Translations under genes and position numbers: made by a program
The notes under the pieces: model-generated
Database searches by the model: none
What the model was told of the DNA's origin: nothing
What the model saw: the letters and a program-made list of their open reading frames with translations, nothing else
Shown: positions 1-14,110 of the stretch, one piece after another
Position numbering within the stretch: the stretch's first letter is position 1
How the letters are laid out: every line of letters begins with the position of its first letter
From: Eledone cirrhosa
Taxonomy: Eukaryota
Direction: 5' to 3'
Length of the DNA: 64,000 nt
NCBI GenBank assembly: GCA_964016885.1
Contig: OZ024742.1
Span: 353,772,001 to 353,836,000, forward strand

Positions 1-111
1 TAAGGGTGAAGGCAGCGATGCTTTGCTTAAAATTTAAACTGTTATTTTAATAAATATTTGCTATACGATTCTTATATATTTGATATATATTTATCCGTAT
101 CGAGCCCTCTT

Positions 112-810
112 TGGGGACCATTATAAAACTAACCATTATGGAGCAAATGCTCAAATATAATGGAAAAACCTATGACCAAGAGGAGGCCGCAGCCATTGGC
201 ATTCGCAATACAGGTAACATAGCTAACCTCTTTATAGTAGGGTAGGAAAGATGACTTAAGGATCAGCTAGACGACAATTATATAACCCTGACTATGTCCT
301 CCCACTACTCAGATAACATAAAGTTCGTAATAAAGACACCCCCACAGGAGAACAGTCACGAATTAAAGAAGAACCCCATGGAAAGCATCCAACAAATAGT
401 TAACTTAATCCACCAGGGTATTAACATTACTATGGATTACACAACTAAACACCCCAACCATATATTACCCGTACTAGACAGAACTCTGGTTGGAAACTAT
501 TAATAATGAAACTCAAATCCTCCATTCGCCTTATGCCAAACCCATGACCTATAAATACCTGGGCTACCAAAAATCAGCTCCTTCGGATCCCATGAAAATT
601 AACATACAGATTGCGGGGTTAGTAAGAGTGATGAGGAATCTGTCTCGCATGTACAAACCCAAATAATTAGACACACATACACAACACTTCATCAACCGCA
701 TGCAGTTCTTTGGCTACATGCAGAGAGACAAGATCAGGGTATATAAAGGAGCCAGAAACAAATGAACAAGGATTGTAGAAGATTATGCAAGTGGAAGTTG
801 CCGCATACAT
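112..810 (+). pseudogene. Decayed Penelope-like RT fragment (core to thumb)
   Basis: Broken frames read YNGKTYDQEEAAAIG, YSDNIKFVI, YAKPMT and QHFINRMQF, collinear with the RT ORF at 6431-7261 (KIYTQNEGAAIG..RYVDDINIVI..HYAKPMAS..QHFINRMQF). Contains stops and frameshifts. Confidence 0.85.
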
Positions 811-961
811 ATATGGTAAGTTCTTGCCTCAATAATGATTTAATTCACCATAATTCCCTGTCAGATCCACGTGCTTCTTTCACTGGTACTACTACCTTTG
901 TATAGGTGACAGCTCTACAATTTCACGATCCAAAATTCAGAGAACATTTAAGACCCCATAT

Positions 962-1017
<56 letters not shown>

Positions 1018-1477
1018 TATATGTGTGTATAATATATATGTATAATATATATATATATATATATATAGGTAAGTTATTCCGGGTTGAATCAGAGGTAACC
1101 ACAGTAAGTAAGGTACTCAATACATAGCAGAGTAAAATGTTTTAATATAAATGAGATTCTACAGGACTAGAACTGTTTCATTTTTTATAAATGTGCTTTT
1201 TATGTCTGTTCAGGTGGTAGCAGAGTGTGGGGAGTGGGATGGGTGGAGGTCATTGTTTGAAAGAAAAGGGAATTCATTAAAAGCTAATTCTTTAAGGCTA
1301 TCGTTTATATTTAGTGTGACAAAGGCAGAAATAATTCTATAAACAATTCATATTAGGGTGGCATTCCTTACCTTTAAGTTTCTCTTAAGTTAACAATGCC
1401 TATATTTAAGGTGTATATAAGATGGTTGAGGGTCGGTCAGGGTTGATGGATTTAAAGGAAAGGAATTTGTTTCTCTT

Positions 1478-1981
1478 TGTTGAATATAAGTCACCAATTT
1501 GGTTGAGGTATATAAGTACTAATTTAACAGAGAGGTTATATTTAGAGTGATGTAATGTTGCCACGAGGAACCTGGTTTGGTAGAAAGATATGATGGGAAT
1601 ATCGAAAACGACTTTTACTTGGTTTTACATTATTTATTAACAGAGGTTGAGCTGGCATGCCAAGAGAAATAAAATAATTCAATTAAGATTACAAGAGAAA
1701 ATACGGTCGACCGGCTGAAGGCGTTTAGCCAGCTCCGTAGGAATGTTTTGTCGTTACATACTATTTGTGCTGCCGGAGCAAAAGAACAAGCGGTGTTTAC
1801 TTAGCATGGTCAAACCTGGAAGTCATCTAGCCTGGAAGTGGTGGCGTCCTCAAATCTTTGCGGGCTATTTCTCCATCAGAACGCGTAGGGATACATCCTC
1901 TTCTACTGGCGCTGATTGGCTGAGCTGAGCCAAATCACGCACAGAGAATGTATGTGAGCCCGCGGAATGTAGGTCACTACA
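1478..1981 (-). repeat. 3' LTR (direct repeat copy 1)
   Basis: Near-identical to 3556-4051 over about 1600-1981; more diverged over 1478-1600. Left boundary approximate. Confidence 0.8.
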
Positions 1982-3555
1982 TCACCTCCGAGCAGATTTT
2001 CAGCCGAAAATCGTTAACGAAGAAACCGAGGACCCACAGATAATTGAATCAGCAAGAACAAATGCTGAAAGAGCGCATCAATGAAAAAATAAGTGAGCAG
2101 AAAGATGCATGCAAGAACAACAAAAATTAGGCGCGACGGGCCGTGTTGAGCCGCTGTCAAATGTCTAGCTGTTTTGTAGTTTATACGTGACGACAAAGGT
2201 CTACCAGAAAACAGATAAAGTCTGATATGGGCGAAGTTGCTGTTCTTGCATTAAATGTTAATGGTAAGCGTTGTACTAGTAGCTGTGAACGAAGCTATTA
2301 TGGTAGTTTACCAGTGCTGGCGAGAAAATGATGGCCTCCCAGATGTATTGCCGAATGTGCTATGGAGCCAGGAAAAAATGGCTTGTTGCTTTGATAAGGA
2401 AAAAAAAGCAAGTCGAATCTGTAGGTGAGTTGCAGTTCCATGTAATACAACAAAGAAAATGTGTGCGTGCGGTCAATATATAATGATAGAGAGAAATTAA
2501 TTTTCATATAATACAGTTTAAAAAAAATAAATGTCCAAAATAAATGCCTGAAAAAAAAAGGAAGAAAGAAAGAATTGTTTCTTTTCTTTTAATAAAAATT
2601 TCGCTTCTTTTTTCTGTGTGAACTCTCCTACTAGGGAGCTAGTAGAGTTGTTGTTGTTGTTAAAGCAAAGTCACAATGAATCTTCTGTAGAGTAGAAGTC
2701 GAGCGTTGAAGAACCCATAGTCACTGATATGGGAGCCACGTCTGACGCCATAAGGGTGAGAAAACTAATGTCTTCATTTCTGAGAGTCCTTGTGGTAACG
2801 AGACAGAAGGTATGGTGGTTGCGTCGGTAAAGTTACAAACCGTTTCCTGGTGTTGGTTAATATAGCGGTGTGTTGCCACTGATGGCTGTTACTTGGTGGT
2901 AGCCGTTTTGAAATCTCCTCGTGGCGTAAAGTTTTGGAAATTCTGCTAATTTTTTTCTCAAAAAAAATTCTAAAGAAAATTTGAAAATATTCTAAAGAAA
3001 ATAAATGATTTTCCATGATGGCCGATTGAAAAATGTGTCCGTGATGAAAAACCAGTCATGTGGCACGATGCAGCCAATTAGATGGCTGGGATCGAAGAAG
3101 GCAAGCTGAACGCGGGAAAACAACATTTTTGTGTCTCTATTTGCAATTTCAACAGAACGTTGAAAGCTAAATTCTATATCCAGAGAAATTCTTTTTTTGT
3201 TTTAATTCTTTTTTTTTTCTGTCTTTATCAAACTATGCTCGCAATAATAATTTTCAATCCAAAAGAGAAATGTTTTGTTAGACGTCGAAAAAAAACGCTT
3301 TCTTTTGTGTTGTATTTTTTTGTTCGTCTGTATGCGTGAGTCAGCAGAAAGTTATGACAGAAATATTGTGCAGGTCGTGTGCTTCAACAGATGGAATATT
3401 ATGTATTATTTGGACTGACGCTAAGCGAGTCTAGCAACCCGATTCGAATATTCCAAATGTTAAGCCATTCCATATTGCCGTTAAAACGAATGGCGAATTC
3501 AAATAGGCTGCGTTCTCATTCTTTATCGTCGACGGGTCACCAATAAAGGAAAAAG

Positions 3556-4051
3556 TGTTGTTGTCACCAATTTGGTTGAAAATGTAAATTCCAATTCAGC
3601 GGAGAAGTATTTAGAAGTTGGTAAGGTTGCCACGAGTAACCAGGTTTGGAAGAAAGATATAATAGGAATATCGAAAACGACTTTTAGCTTGGTTTTACAT
3701 TATTTATTAACAGAGGGTGAGCTGGCATGCCAAGAGAAATAAAATAGGTCAATTAAGATTACAAGAGAAAATACGGTCGACCGGCTGAAGGCGTTTAGCC
3801 AGCTCCGTAGGAATGTTTTGTCGTTACATACTATTTGTGCTGCCAGAGCAAAATAACAAGCGGTGTTTACTTAGCATGGTCAAACCTGGAAGTCATCTAG
3901 CCTGGAAGTGGTGGCGTCCAAAAATCTGTGCGGGCTATTTCTCCCTCAGAACGCGTAGGGATACATCCTCTTCTACTGGCGCTGATTGGCTGAGCTGAGC
4001 CAAATCACGCACAGAGAATGTATGTGAGCCCGCGGAATGTAGGTCACTACA
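3556..4051 (-). repeat. 5' LTR (direct repeat copy 2)
   Basis: Ends ...GTAGGTCACTACA on the + strand, like copy 1. Duplicated ORFs 1743-1928 and 3813-3998 reflect this repeat. Confidence 0.8.
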
Positions 4052-4222
4052 GATTTAAAGAAAAGGGAAATGCTCAAAAGCTAATTCTTTAAAGCTCTAT
4101 TAGAGTGACAAAGGCCAGGAAAATTCTATAATCCAGTTCAAAATATTGGGTACCTATCATATCATTATTGTCATGTTTTCTTATGCTATATTCCGGGGGT
4201 CAACAGACACATTCACATGCCT

Positions 4223-4262
<40 letters not shown>

Positions 4263-4420
4263 GTGTGTGTATACACGTACACACATATATGCATATATAT
4301 ACACATATATATATATATACATATATATATACATATATATATATAAGTATATATATATATAAACATATATATATATATATACACATATATATACATATAT
4401 ATACACATATACACACATAT

Positions 4421-4509
<89 letters not shown>

Positions 4510-4589
4510 TAGACGTATACAAACATATACTAACACATCTACAGATATACACATATATACACATACGCAAAATACATAAATACACATAC

Positions 4590-4637
<48 letters not shown>

Positions 4638-4639
<2 letters not shown>

Positions 4640-4810
4640 CGAAGGAAATGTGGTAAGGAACCAGATGGACCATAACGCACCAAAGTACTCAATACTTAGG
4701 GAAGTAGAGTGGGTAATAGGAACAAGTAGGAACCCAACGGCTGAGCTGAAGCCGTTTCGACGGCTAATTCTGGACTAAATTTAGTCCAGAATTAGCCGTC
4801 GGAACGTTCC
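4638..4810. mobile_element. Short fold-back PLE-terminus element in (TA)n, containing the 3' half of a hammerhead
   Basis: Perfect palindrome GACGGCTAATTCTGGACTAAA|TTTAGTCCAGAATTAGCCGTC. The minus strand reads GAAAC-GGCT..AGCC-GT. Second copy at 40994-41203. Confidence 0.7.
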
Positions 4811-5069
4811 TATATATATATATATATATATATATACACGTTTGTATATGTATAATAAAGCCAAAACAATGCGGGTATGGACATAGAATAAAGAATGCAA
4901 ATGCAAAAGATATTGTTGACAATTAGTCTTTTAACTTAGATTTATTTAAATGGCCTTAACTTTCGAGATAATATCTCTTATTCAGAGAGAAGTGAAGTTG
5001 TCAAACCAGTGTTCTAAATAGCTTGCCAAGTCATGCTAACAGGAAATGGTATAGAGTATCTGTTCGATC

Positions 5070-5224
<155 letters not shown>

Positions 5225-5289
5225 TATATATATATATACACACACATATATACATCTATATATATACACACATACATATATATATATAC

Positions 5290-5326
<37 letters not shown>

Positions 5327-5829
5327 CATACATATATATATATATATATATGCATAGATATATATATATAGATATATATATATACATATATATACACATA
5401 TACACACATATACACACATATATATATACATATACACACATATATATATATACATATACACACATATATATACATATAGACACAAACACATATATTTAGT
5501 TTATCAAAGTCCTTTCGTTGCACAACTGCAATATGGTCAGTGGTGCTATTGATTCCTACAGTTGCATTGTATTTTCTACGCCATCTTTATTTACTCTGTT
5601 TATATATTTATTTATTTGTTTATTTTATTTTGTCTTCTTTGAGCATGCGTTTACATGTGTGTATAGTGTTTTGTTTGATGTGTGTTCGTGATTGGGTGAC
5701 TGCGTGTTGGTTAATGTATTCTATCTTTACTAGTGTGTGTCTTTATGTGTTTGTTGTTATTGTGCTTGTGTATGTATTTATTTATTTATTCATCAATTTA
5801 TTTTTTCATTTATTTATATTTCTCTTAGG

Positions 5830-8800
5830 TCAGTGTTGTTTGTTTGGGTGTTGTTGTTATTCCATTCAATTTTTCTGTTTAGCTTTGGTCTTCTAATTTC
5901 TATTTCACTTGCCTCACTGATTTGCCTATCTGCTGGGTCATTTCTATGTTTAGATATTATTCTAATTTCTATGTTGTCTATGTTACCGTCGTGTTGTTGT
6001 CTGGCATGTTCGTATAGTACTGAACCGTTTTTCGTCCTTTTAGTTCCCCCCGGTGTTGGTCTATCCTTTCACCAATGCTACGAGCTGTCTCGCCTATGTA
6101 TGGTGTTGTCATGTTTCTGCAAGTACCCTCTGTACATCTTATGCTATAGACTACGTTTCTAGTGTTACAGTTTATCGGGGTTTAACTTACATATGATACA
6201 TTTCGTATTAGTACAGTGGCTTTTCTTAAAAGGGTAGGTTTTGCTGATCAGGGATATCATGGTGGTTCCTGGCTTTTCTACTACCTTAATCTTTAAGTGG
6301 GTCTTTCTCAGGGCCTTTCTACACTCGTTAGCTAATATCCCTCCAGGGGTTGCGTCCACAAACATAACACTCTGGTATCTCTGGTTGCCTTACCATGAGG
6401 TGGCTTTCCCTATCTTATATCTAGCCCTATCTAAGCTATTCTTGATTTGCTCCTGTATAATGGGCAAATTCCTTTCATGTCCAGTTCTATGAGGGTCTTA
6501 TACTTTTCCATGGCTCCTTCGTATACTCTGACTCTGTCTCTTTGGTTGTAGCCAGAGAACTGCATGCGGTTGATGAAGTGTTGGATGAGTCTTTCCATTT
6601 CTGCTGGTTCGCACATCCGGGACACGTACTTCATCACTCGTACCAAGTCTGCGATCAGAATATTAAACTTTGCACTACTGGACATTGCTGAGTTTTTGAG
6701 TATCAGGTTTTTGGAGGCCATGGGTTTAGCATAGTGTGAGTGGAGAATTTGGGCTCTCTCGTCTATAGTGTTAATCCAGAGTTCCTTGGCTAATACAGGT
6801 AGTCTAGTGTTAGGGGGTTTGGAAGGGTATTCGATAGTTACAGTAATACTCTGGTGTATGGAATTAGCTATCTGCTTGATGCTTTCTATTGTGCTACGCT
6901 CTAAATCAAACTTGCTAGTGCTCTCTTGTGGGGTTGTTCTTATAACTATATTGATGTCGTCTACGTAACGAGAGTACATGATGAGGTCTATGGAGCTCTC
7001 ATTAAGGAGATCTTTAAGTCTCCTTTCCCACCATACCATAAAAAGTTTGGCAACGTCACCAGCTATGCTGACGCCAATGGCTGCTCCCTCATTTTGGGTG
7101 TAGATCTTCTCGTTGAACTTCAATATGTGGCCCTTTAGGGTAGTTTTGATACTAGCCCCTATTGCATGTGCGACCATTTTTCTTCCCTGATCATTGTTTT
7201 GTGGGGTCCGTATAGCTTTGGTCCACCCAATCCACCTTCCCATGGGAGTCTTTTTAGCCATTGAGGTTATGGTGGGGGGGGGGGTCTACCTCTTATGGGT
7301 CTACTGGGGCAGAAACGTCTAAGGTCATCGCTGTCTAGGTAATCAGTGTCGTAGGTGAGTCTAAGTAGGAGGCCCAGTTCGTCTGTGTCGACGTCGCAGA
7401 ACACCACCTCACTCTCAATGATCAGCTCCAGACATTTTTCCACAGAAAAATCAATGTTAATGGATGGGTACAGTGATACCACATCCTTGCTGCCTATTAT
7501 GCAGTTGGATAGGTTCCTGTTTTTGTTGCACACACTGATTCTGCTGAGGAGGTCATCTGTACTGTCACATACATCTGGGGACATCTTGATTATGGGGCGT
7601 ATAACCAATGAGAGGAAGTAGGAGATCCTGTAGTTGCTAGCTATATTTGCTCAGCATACATGTCTTGTTGGTGGTCCCGTTGTCGGGTCGTCGACTGTCT
7701 TGTGGTCTGAGCGAGCCCCTATAAGCGTGGTATGCCATAGTTAGACGCCTGGAAGTTGTTGGCACTGCGTCTACTTGGCTTTAGGATGTCGGTCTACATC
7801 ATTATGTGAGCGTTGATGATTTTCTCTCTCCCATCATGTACTTGCTGTGCAATTTCGCTCGTGTTGGTGATATGGGGTTGCATAGCCTTGATGTAGTTTG
7901 GCATGCTATCTATGTACATCCTACCAGACTTATCCGTGGGTAGACATACTACCTCAACATCCCTTGTGCGCTGATTGAGGCCAACCAAGCCTTCTACAGG
8001 TTCCTCACAAGTTGTTGGACCTCTGGTCTGCTCTATCTCTTAGTAACCGGTCTACTATTTGTCTAATCTTATTTCTAGCTAGGGTGAACTGTGCCCCTGT
8101 CTCGTCATCTATTTGTTGTGGTATGCAATATATTTTATTAAAGGGTAACCTCGTAGGATATATAATACCCATCTTATATGTTTGTCAGCTGGGTTGAAGA
8201 ATAGTTTCTCTAAGGGTTTGTAATTATATCTATCGTCATAGTTGTGTGTGTTGCTATTATTGTTATTATGGTGGTTGTTGTTGTTCCTATCATTAGCATT
8301 ATTATTATTGTTATGATTGCTAGATGTATTGTTGGTGTGATTGTTAGATGTATTGTTGTTATGATTGCTAGATGTATTGTTGCTTTGATTGTTGTTTTCT
8401 TCACCGTTATTGTTGTTGTTACTGTTATTTCTACCATTGTGGTTGTTACTTTTATTATGTTTCTTGTTTTTGTTGCGTCTATCATTAATGTTGCTACATG
8501 TATTATTTCTATTATTACCACCGTGGTTGTTGTTGTTATTCGTATTGTTACCGTTATTACTAGTGTGGTCGCTGTTGCTGTGTCCGTAGTTAATGTTTCT
8601 ATTATTATTATTATTGTGGTTGTTGTTGTTGTTCTGTCTATCGTTAATATTATTACCATTATTACTATTTTCACTCTCCTGCTATTGTTATTGTTATGAC
8701 TATTACTATTATAGCTGTTATTTCGATACTCAGAGTTATTGTTTATATTACTACAATCGTTATTATTATTGTTGTTGTTGTCCGTATATTTGTTGTTGTT

Positions 8801-9461
8801 GTTTACTTTTGCTTTCCAACGTATTTATGTGAAACACTGTTCCAGCTCCGTTTTGCACTCAATAGCGTTAATCTTTTTGTAGATAGTAAACTTTGGTGGT
8901 AGCTGCAGGATTTGTTGTTCTTGTTCACTGATTAAAGTGTTTCTATAAATATTTACTGTGTGGTCATTGGTAAATTCTTCCGGTAGTTTTAAATCAGTCA
9001 TGCGGATATTGTTGTTGTTATCTGGGTATTTTTGAGAATATTCTATTTTACTTCCTTCTAGTTTTTTTCTTATTCATCCATTCTAATTTCTTATTGAAAT
9101 GCCTATTGCATTCGTTTCAGGCGTATTTCGTTTCACGTCGGATGACACTTATGACGTCATGCCTTTCATTTGGTGTGGTGAAATTTCGGACTTCCTTACC
9201 GTTAATGCGTTTCTGTCTGTAAAGTTCGTTGACTTTTGTGTATGTTCTTTTTCATATTAACTGCTATTGTGTGTTTAAGTTGTTCAGCTTGTATGTTGTT
9301 CAATAATAAATTATTTAATTGTTTTGATATGTTTGTTGTGTATATTTTGGAGGAAACACAGTGTTTTAAGAATCTGATTTGTTCTGTTGTTATTGTAGTT
9401 TTTATATAAGAGAAAACAGTGTCTTTCAATAACCTTTCAGCTTGGCACAAGCTAATGCCAT
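5830..9461 (-). pseudogene. PLE polyprotein (N-terminal domain, Asn-rich region, RT, GIY-YIG), disrupted
   Basis: Pieces in ORFs 9202-9450, 7794-7988, 7267-7608, 6431-7261 and 6165-6365, plus the endonuclease at ~5870-6160. Multiple frameshifts and stops. Confidence 0.88.
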
Positions 9462-9597
9462 AACGGCGATGAATTAGTTTTGCGCGGGTTTTGATATGAA
9501 ATCGTGTGTCGAAACAAATATTGTTATACTATACAAATATATTTATACTATACAAATATATTTATACTATACAAATATATTTATACTATACAAATAT

Positions 9598-9645
9598 GGC
9601 ACCACTGACGATGTTGCAGATGTGCAACGAAAGAACTTTGATAAA
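9598..9645 (+). ncRNA. Degenerate minimal hammerhead in the inverted pLTR
   Basis: CTGACGA-t-GTTGCA-gatg-TGCAAC-GAAA-gaac-TT. Cleavage triplet and stem I are eroded. Homologous decayed copies at 5500-5546 (-), 23706-23750 (-) and 42480-42512 (+). Confidence 0.55.
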
Positions 9646-11829
9646 CTATGTATATATGTGTTTGTGTCTATATTGTATCTGTATTCTTGACCGTTGGTCA
9701 GTCAATGGCAACATTGAGGACCGAATAAATTAAATTACCGATATAAAAGATGCAGAAGAGAAAAGTGATAACCAACCAAACAGTCAGTGTGTTCTGTTAT
9801 TAATTCTGGGAATATTACACAAACGCGACCCTCCCCAAGTATAACAATATATATATATATGTATATATATACTAAAAAGCGAGTTTTCTTTACAAAATGA
9901 AAAATACACGAGTGAAAGTATAAAGAAAACAAGATGAAATTTGAAATGCAACTGGAGTCTTATTTTTAAAAAAAGTATATATATTTATTTGGTTCATTTA
10001 CCGGTTTTGCAGTTCTTCTGCTTTTCAAAAGTAGAATTGAGATGGAGGGTCTGTGGTTTTTCTCACATATATATACGATATTACAGGGATATCAAATTAA
10101 ATTATGGTATGCCTTCATCAGACAAAATACAATATATAACACTTTTACAAATAAGCTTTGACGTACTCTTTTAAAATGCAACCATTATTTTTGGAACCCA
10201 TCTGTATAGTGAGTTGTTTATATTATTTTAATAAGTCATAGTGTTAAGGACAATTAGAAAAAGACGGAGAGAAAGAAAAAGACGGAGAGAGAGAAAGAAA
10301 AAACGTGGACAACTATCGGAGAGAGAGAAATGCATGGAGAAAAAAGAAAGAGATAAATAAAGACAGGAGGAAAGAAAGAAATAGGAAAACAGAAAGAAAT
10401 AAGAAAAACAGAGGAAAGCAACAGAGAGATATTAAGTCATCAGACAGATAAAAGAACTCAAGAGAGAGAAATATTATATAGAGAAAGGGGGAGATAATGA
10501 AAACTTTAGGTCATGTCATATTAAGTTGAGTTAACAATTTATATGAAATGAATAATAAAAATATAAATATTAATATTCATGAATGGGACATAAATTTATA
10601 ATATGAGAAATTAAACATTGTTTAATAATGACTATATGTTTAGTTTAAAACTTGAGATCAATATACCAAAATGTGGGTTTAATCATCCAAAATGTACACA
10701 TTGCTAGAGAAATCAGTATCTTAGACAAAGACACACAAATATATATATATATATATATATACGCACGTCCTGAAAATAGAAATTATATTTACTCAAGTCA
10801 ATAATATAGACATACAAAACGCAGACGATTTCTCTTAATCACTGCTATACATTCCTTGTGTTATAAAAAGTTCACAGTATATATACATAAATATATATGA
10901 TTAACATTTATGTCTTCATATATACGATTACCATTCATGCATTTAACATTCTGTTAAAATTATGCATATCTGCAATCAAAACTGCGTGGTTAGGCAACAT
11001 ATCTCTTACCCACACACATACAAATACATATATACATATACACATATATATGTATAAATATTTGCGTGCCTCTTCCCGCATCGCTCATGTATACATACAG
11101 CCATATATACAATCATAAAAAACATATAACACTGTTATATGCATGTTAATACACACATACACATTTGTATATAGATAATCAAATATCAATATATTACTAA
11201 GGATTATAATTTGGAAATATAATTATAACAATATCAATTTAAAATACCAAAGGATTATATTTAGGAAATACAATTATATCAGTATAGTCAAAAGGACAAA
11301 CGAATTCTAGAAATATCAAAGCATTAAATATCTTTAAAACACTATAGAGTATCTTAAGTAAAAATAATGTTTCATATATTTAGTATAGAAATGTATCCTA
11401 CGTATATTTCAATCAAGATATTGAAAGGGTAGACTTATGAAAATTATGAGAAGCTATCAGAATCAAAACAAAACTAATAAAAATAAATAAAAATAAAAGT
11501 TAAATAAATATTATATCAATATAATTTAAAAATGTTAAAATTTAAAAATGTTTAAAAAGTTAAAAAAATTTAAAAATTTAAACGTTTAAAATATTTAAAA
11601 AACCCAAGGATTCTACAGATATCCTTATATTTAGGATAGAAATTTATCTTACGTATATTTTATTTAAGACATTGGAAGTATAGACATTTTAGAGTAGTTT
11701 ATTATATCTATGTTTATATTTAGGAAGAAAGTTTAAAAAGAAAAAGGTGAAGGAATCTAATGATTTATCGACAGGTTTCATATATTAACTAAATTACTTA
11801 ATTAATTATACTACATTTTAAATTTATAT

Positions 11830-12702
11830 TTATATTTAAACGTTGAGTTTAATCTATGTCTGCAGCAACTGAATAAATTGTTCCTTAAATTAAGGGAATT
11901 TTTGGACTTTAATATAAAGAATATTTCTTCCATACAAAGATCACAATTTTCTGAAGAGGAATTAAAAGGAGTAGGTTATGAAATAATATCCCAAGACATC
12001 CAATATTTAACATTATCTCGTTTTAGGTCCAATAGTAGGCTAGATAGCGAAGTTGAAGATTTTTTGTTTGGATCTGTGAAACAATTTTTATGATTATTGA
12101 AGCGAAATTTAAATTCTGTAGTGGTAGAACCAATATAGTTAAATGAATTTAAATTAGTTTTAACATTACAATTGTACACTGCATTTTTAGCTAAGCAGTT
12201 GTTATTTAACGGACAGTTAGATTTATTTCTACAGTTACAGTTATTCAATTGAGTATTGCTTGTGTTATTATTGGTATTTTGGTTAGGTTTTAAATTTCTA
12301 TTATTAATTCGATTAATATTTTGTGCTAAATTTTTGGTGGACGAGTAAGTTAATTTTATAGTGTGTCTATTAAAACTTGAGTAATATTTATGTGTTCTAG
12401 GGAAGCGTTTGTCAAGAGCTTTAAAGAATAGTTTAGTAATAGGGGTTTTAATATTTAGTGAGAAAGGCGGCGCAAACCATAATATATTTCCCGTTCTATT
12501 TCTTTTTCGGCTTTTGGAATTATTGTAATGTTTTCTATTATAGTTTTATATTATAGTTAAAACTAATTTAAATTAGTTTTAACATTACAACTATAATATA
12601 AAACTATAATAGAAAACATTACAATAATTCAAAAAGCCGAAAAAAAATAGAACTAGAAATATATTATGGTTTGCTCCCCCTTTCTCACTAAATATTAAAC
12701 GC
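11830..12702 (-). mobile_element. Second PLE family: linker + GIY-YIG fragment with a 5' fold-back
   Basis: Reads NILWFAPPFSLNIKT, CNCRNKSNCPLNNNC, AVYNC..YIGSTTTEFKFRFNNHK. 12590-12700 is an inverted copy of 12448-12559. Confidence 0.85.
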
Positions 12703-12813
12703 CTAGGGCCACAATTAAATAACCGATCCGAGAGTATCGAAATGAGGTGGTTAGTTTAAGTTAAAAAACGAGGCAGCAACACACGCACATACGCATGCAA
12801 GCGAGACAGCAAC

Positions 12814-12853
<40 letters not shown>

Positions 12854-13496
12854 GCATTAGAACATACGTACATACTACACTGCCAATACAGAGGAACACA
12901 GCAACAACACACGCACACACACACTCAAGTGAGACAACACACACACACACACATACACACACACACAGTACCATTCACCAAACAGGCAGGTAATACTATG
13001 GACTGACAGCTAGTGCCACCCCACTCCCGCACTTGAAAGAACTATTTCGGCCGCCAACCTCTGCTCGACCGACCCCATTTCACGCGCACGCGCGCTCTGC
13101 TAAATACTTCACATATTCAAAACAACGAACAGCGGAGGAGACGTTTCGCACCTATCCTACAGACAACCCCCCGGAAAAAAACCAGTTGATTAATGTGAAT
13201 CCGAAATATATAGGTACAATTAAATCTCACCCAAGTTAATTCTATCTCGTGTTATTATTTTTAATATTATCATTTACGCGCTTTCCTACATTTTTTCTAC
13301 GCGCTACAGTCTTCTACACGCCACGCATTTCAACGTACACCCACATACATCTCTCTCTCCACCACCGGATCTTGTTACCCGGTGATTTACCCGTCTGCAT
13401 TGTCGAGGCTTCCAAACGACTTAAAGAAATTTACCTTATTATTCCACAATGCTTCAAGGAAACTTCAGTACTCTCTTATATATATATGTATATATC

Positions 13497-13657
<161 letters not shown>

Positions 13658-13879
13658 ATATATATATATATAAGAACCGTAGAGCAAATATTTATTGAAA
13701 TAAGAGATTAAAGTTTAAGCAAAAAATTGCTTCTTTCACTCTTAACGGGATCTTCTGAAACTAACAAAGAACGCAGAAGTGAATATTTCAAAAAAACATT
13801 GCAACCGGAGGAAGACAGGAAGACGATACTTTGGTTCGTGGAAACGTTCACTGGCAAAGAACGGGACAAAACGAATATA

Positions 13880-14110
13880 ATACGTCATTGTTTGGAGCGG
13901 TGAAAAACAATTACACGCAAAGACAGAACCACATGTATGGTATAAAATATGTCGTAGACTAATATTCTCTTAGGTGGTTCATAGAGACGTTCTCTGGCAA
14001 TGAACGGAAAAAAATGAAGATAGTACGTCATATGTGTAGCGTGGAGAACAATTGCACGCAAAGACAACACCACGTAAAGGTATAACTGAAGTCGTAGACT
14101 AAAATTCTAA
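13880..14110. repeat. Diverged ~141-bp tandem duplication
   Basis: TACGTCAT...ACAATT.CACGCAAAGACA..ACCAC...GGTATAA....GTCGTAGACTAA occurs twice. Confidence 0.6.

Larger units (their letters stand above)
1478..4051 (-). mobile_element. Non-autonomous or deleted LTR retrotransposon (Gypsy-like), about 2.6 kb
   Basis: Two ~500-bp direct repeats with TGTAG...CAACA termini on the minus strand. PBS-like TGGTGACCCGTCG at 3530-3542. Short purine-rich GGAGGTGA before the 3' LTR. Gag-like remnant LRSQLLVQRLP near 2260-2295. No pol and no TSD seen. Confidence 0.7.
5478..9848 (-). mobile_element. Near full-length Penelope-like retroelement with an inverted 5' pseudo-LTR
   Basis: RT motifs (IIGSKDVVSLYPSI, GAAIG, RYVDD), a Cys-rich linker and a C-terminal GIY-YIG endonuclease (VVYSIRC..YIGETARS..RQI). 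9597-9672 is the reverse complement of 5478-5546. Both ends are in (TA)n. Confidence 0.92.

Noticed and set aside
1743-1928. Duplicated 61-aa ORF (also 3813-3998)
   Set aside because: It lies antisense within the LTRs; conservation is explained by the repeat.
7651-7653. In-frame TGA in the PLE ORF as possible selenocysteine (some PLEs encode selenoproteins)
   Set aside because: It follows a Cys at a position best explained as GGA to TGA in a copy with many other lesions; no SECIS recognised.
8210-8699. Thr/Ile-rich and Val/Ile-rich ORFs in the track
   Set aside because: They are alternate frames and the antisense of the Asn-rich PLE segment.
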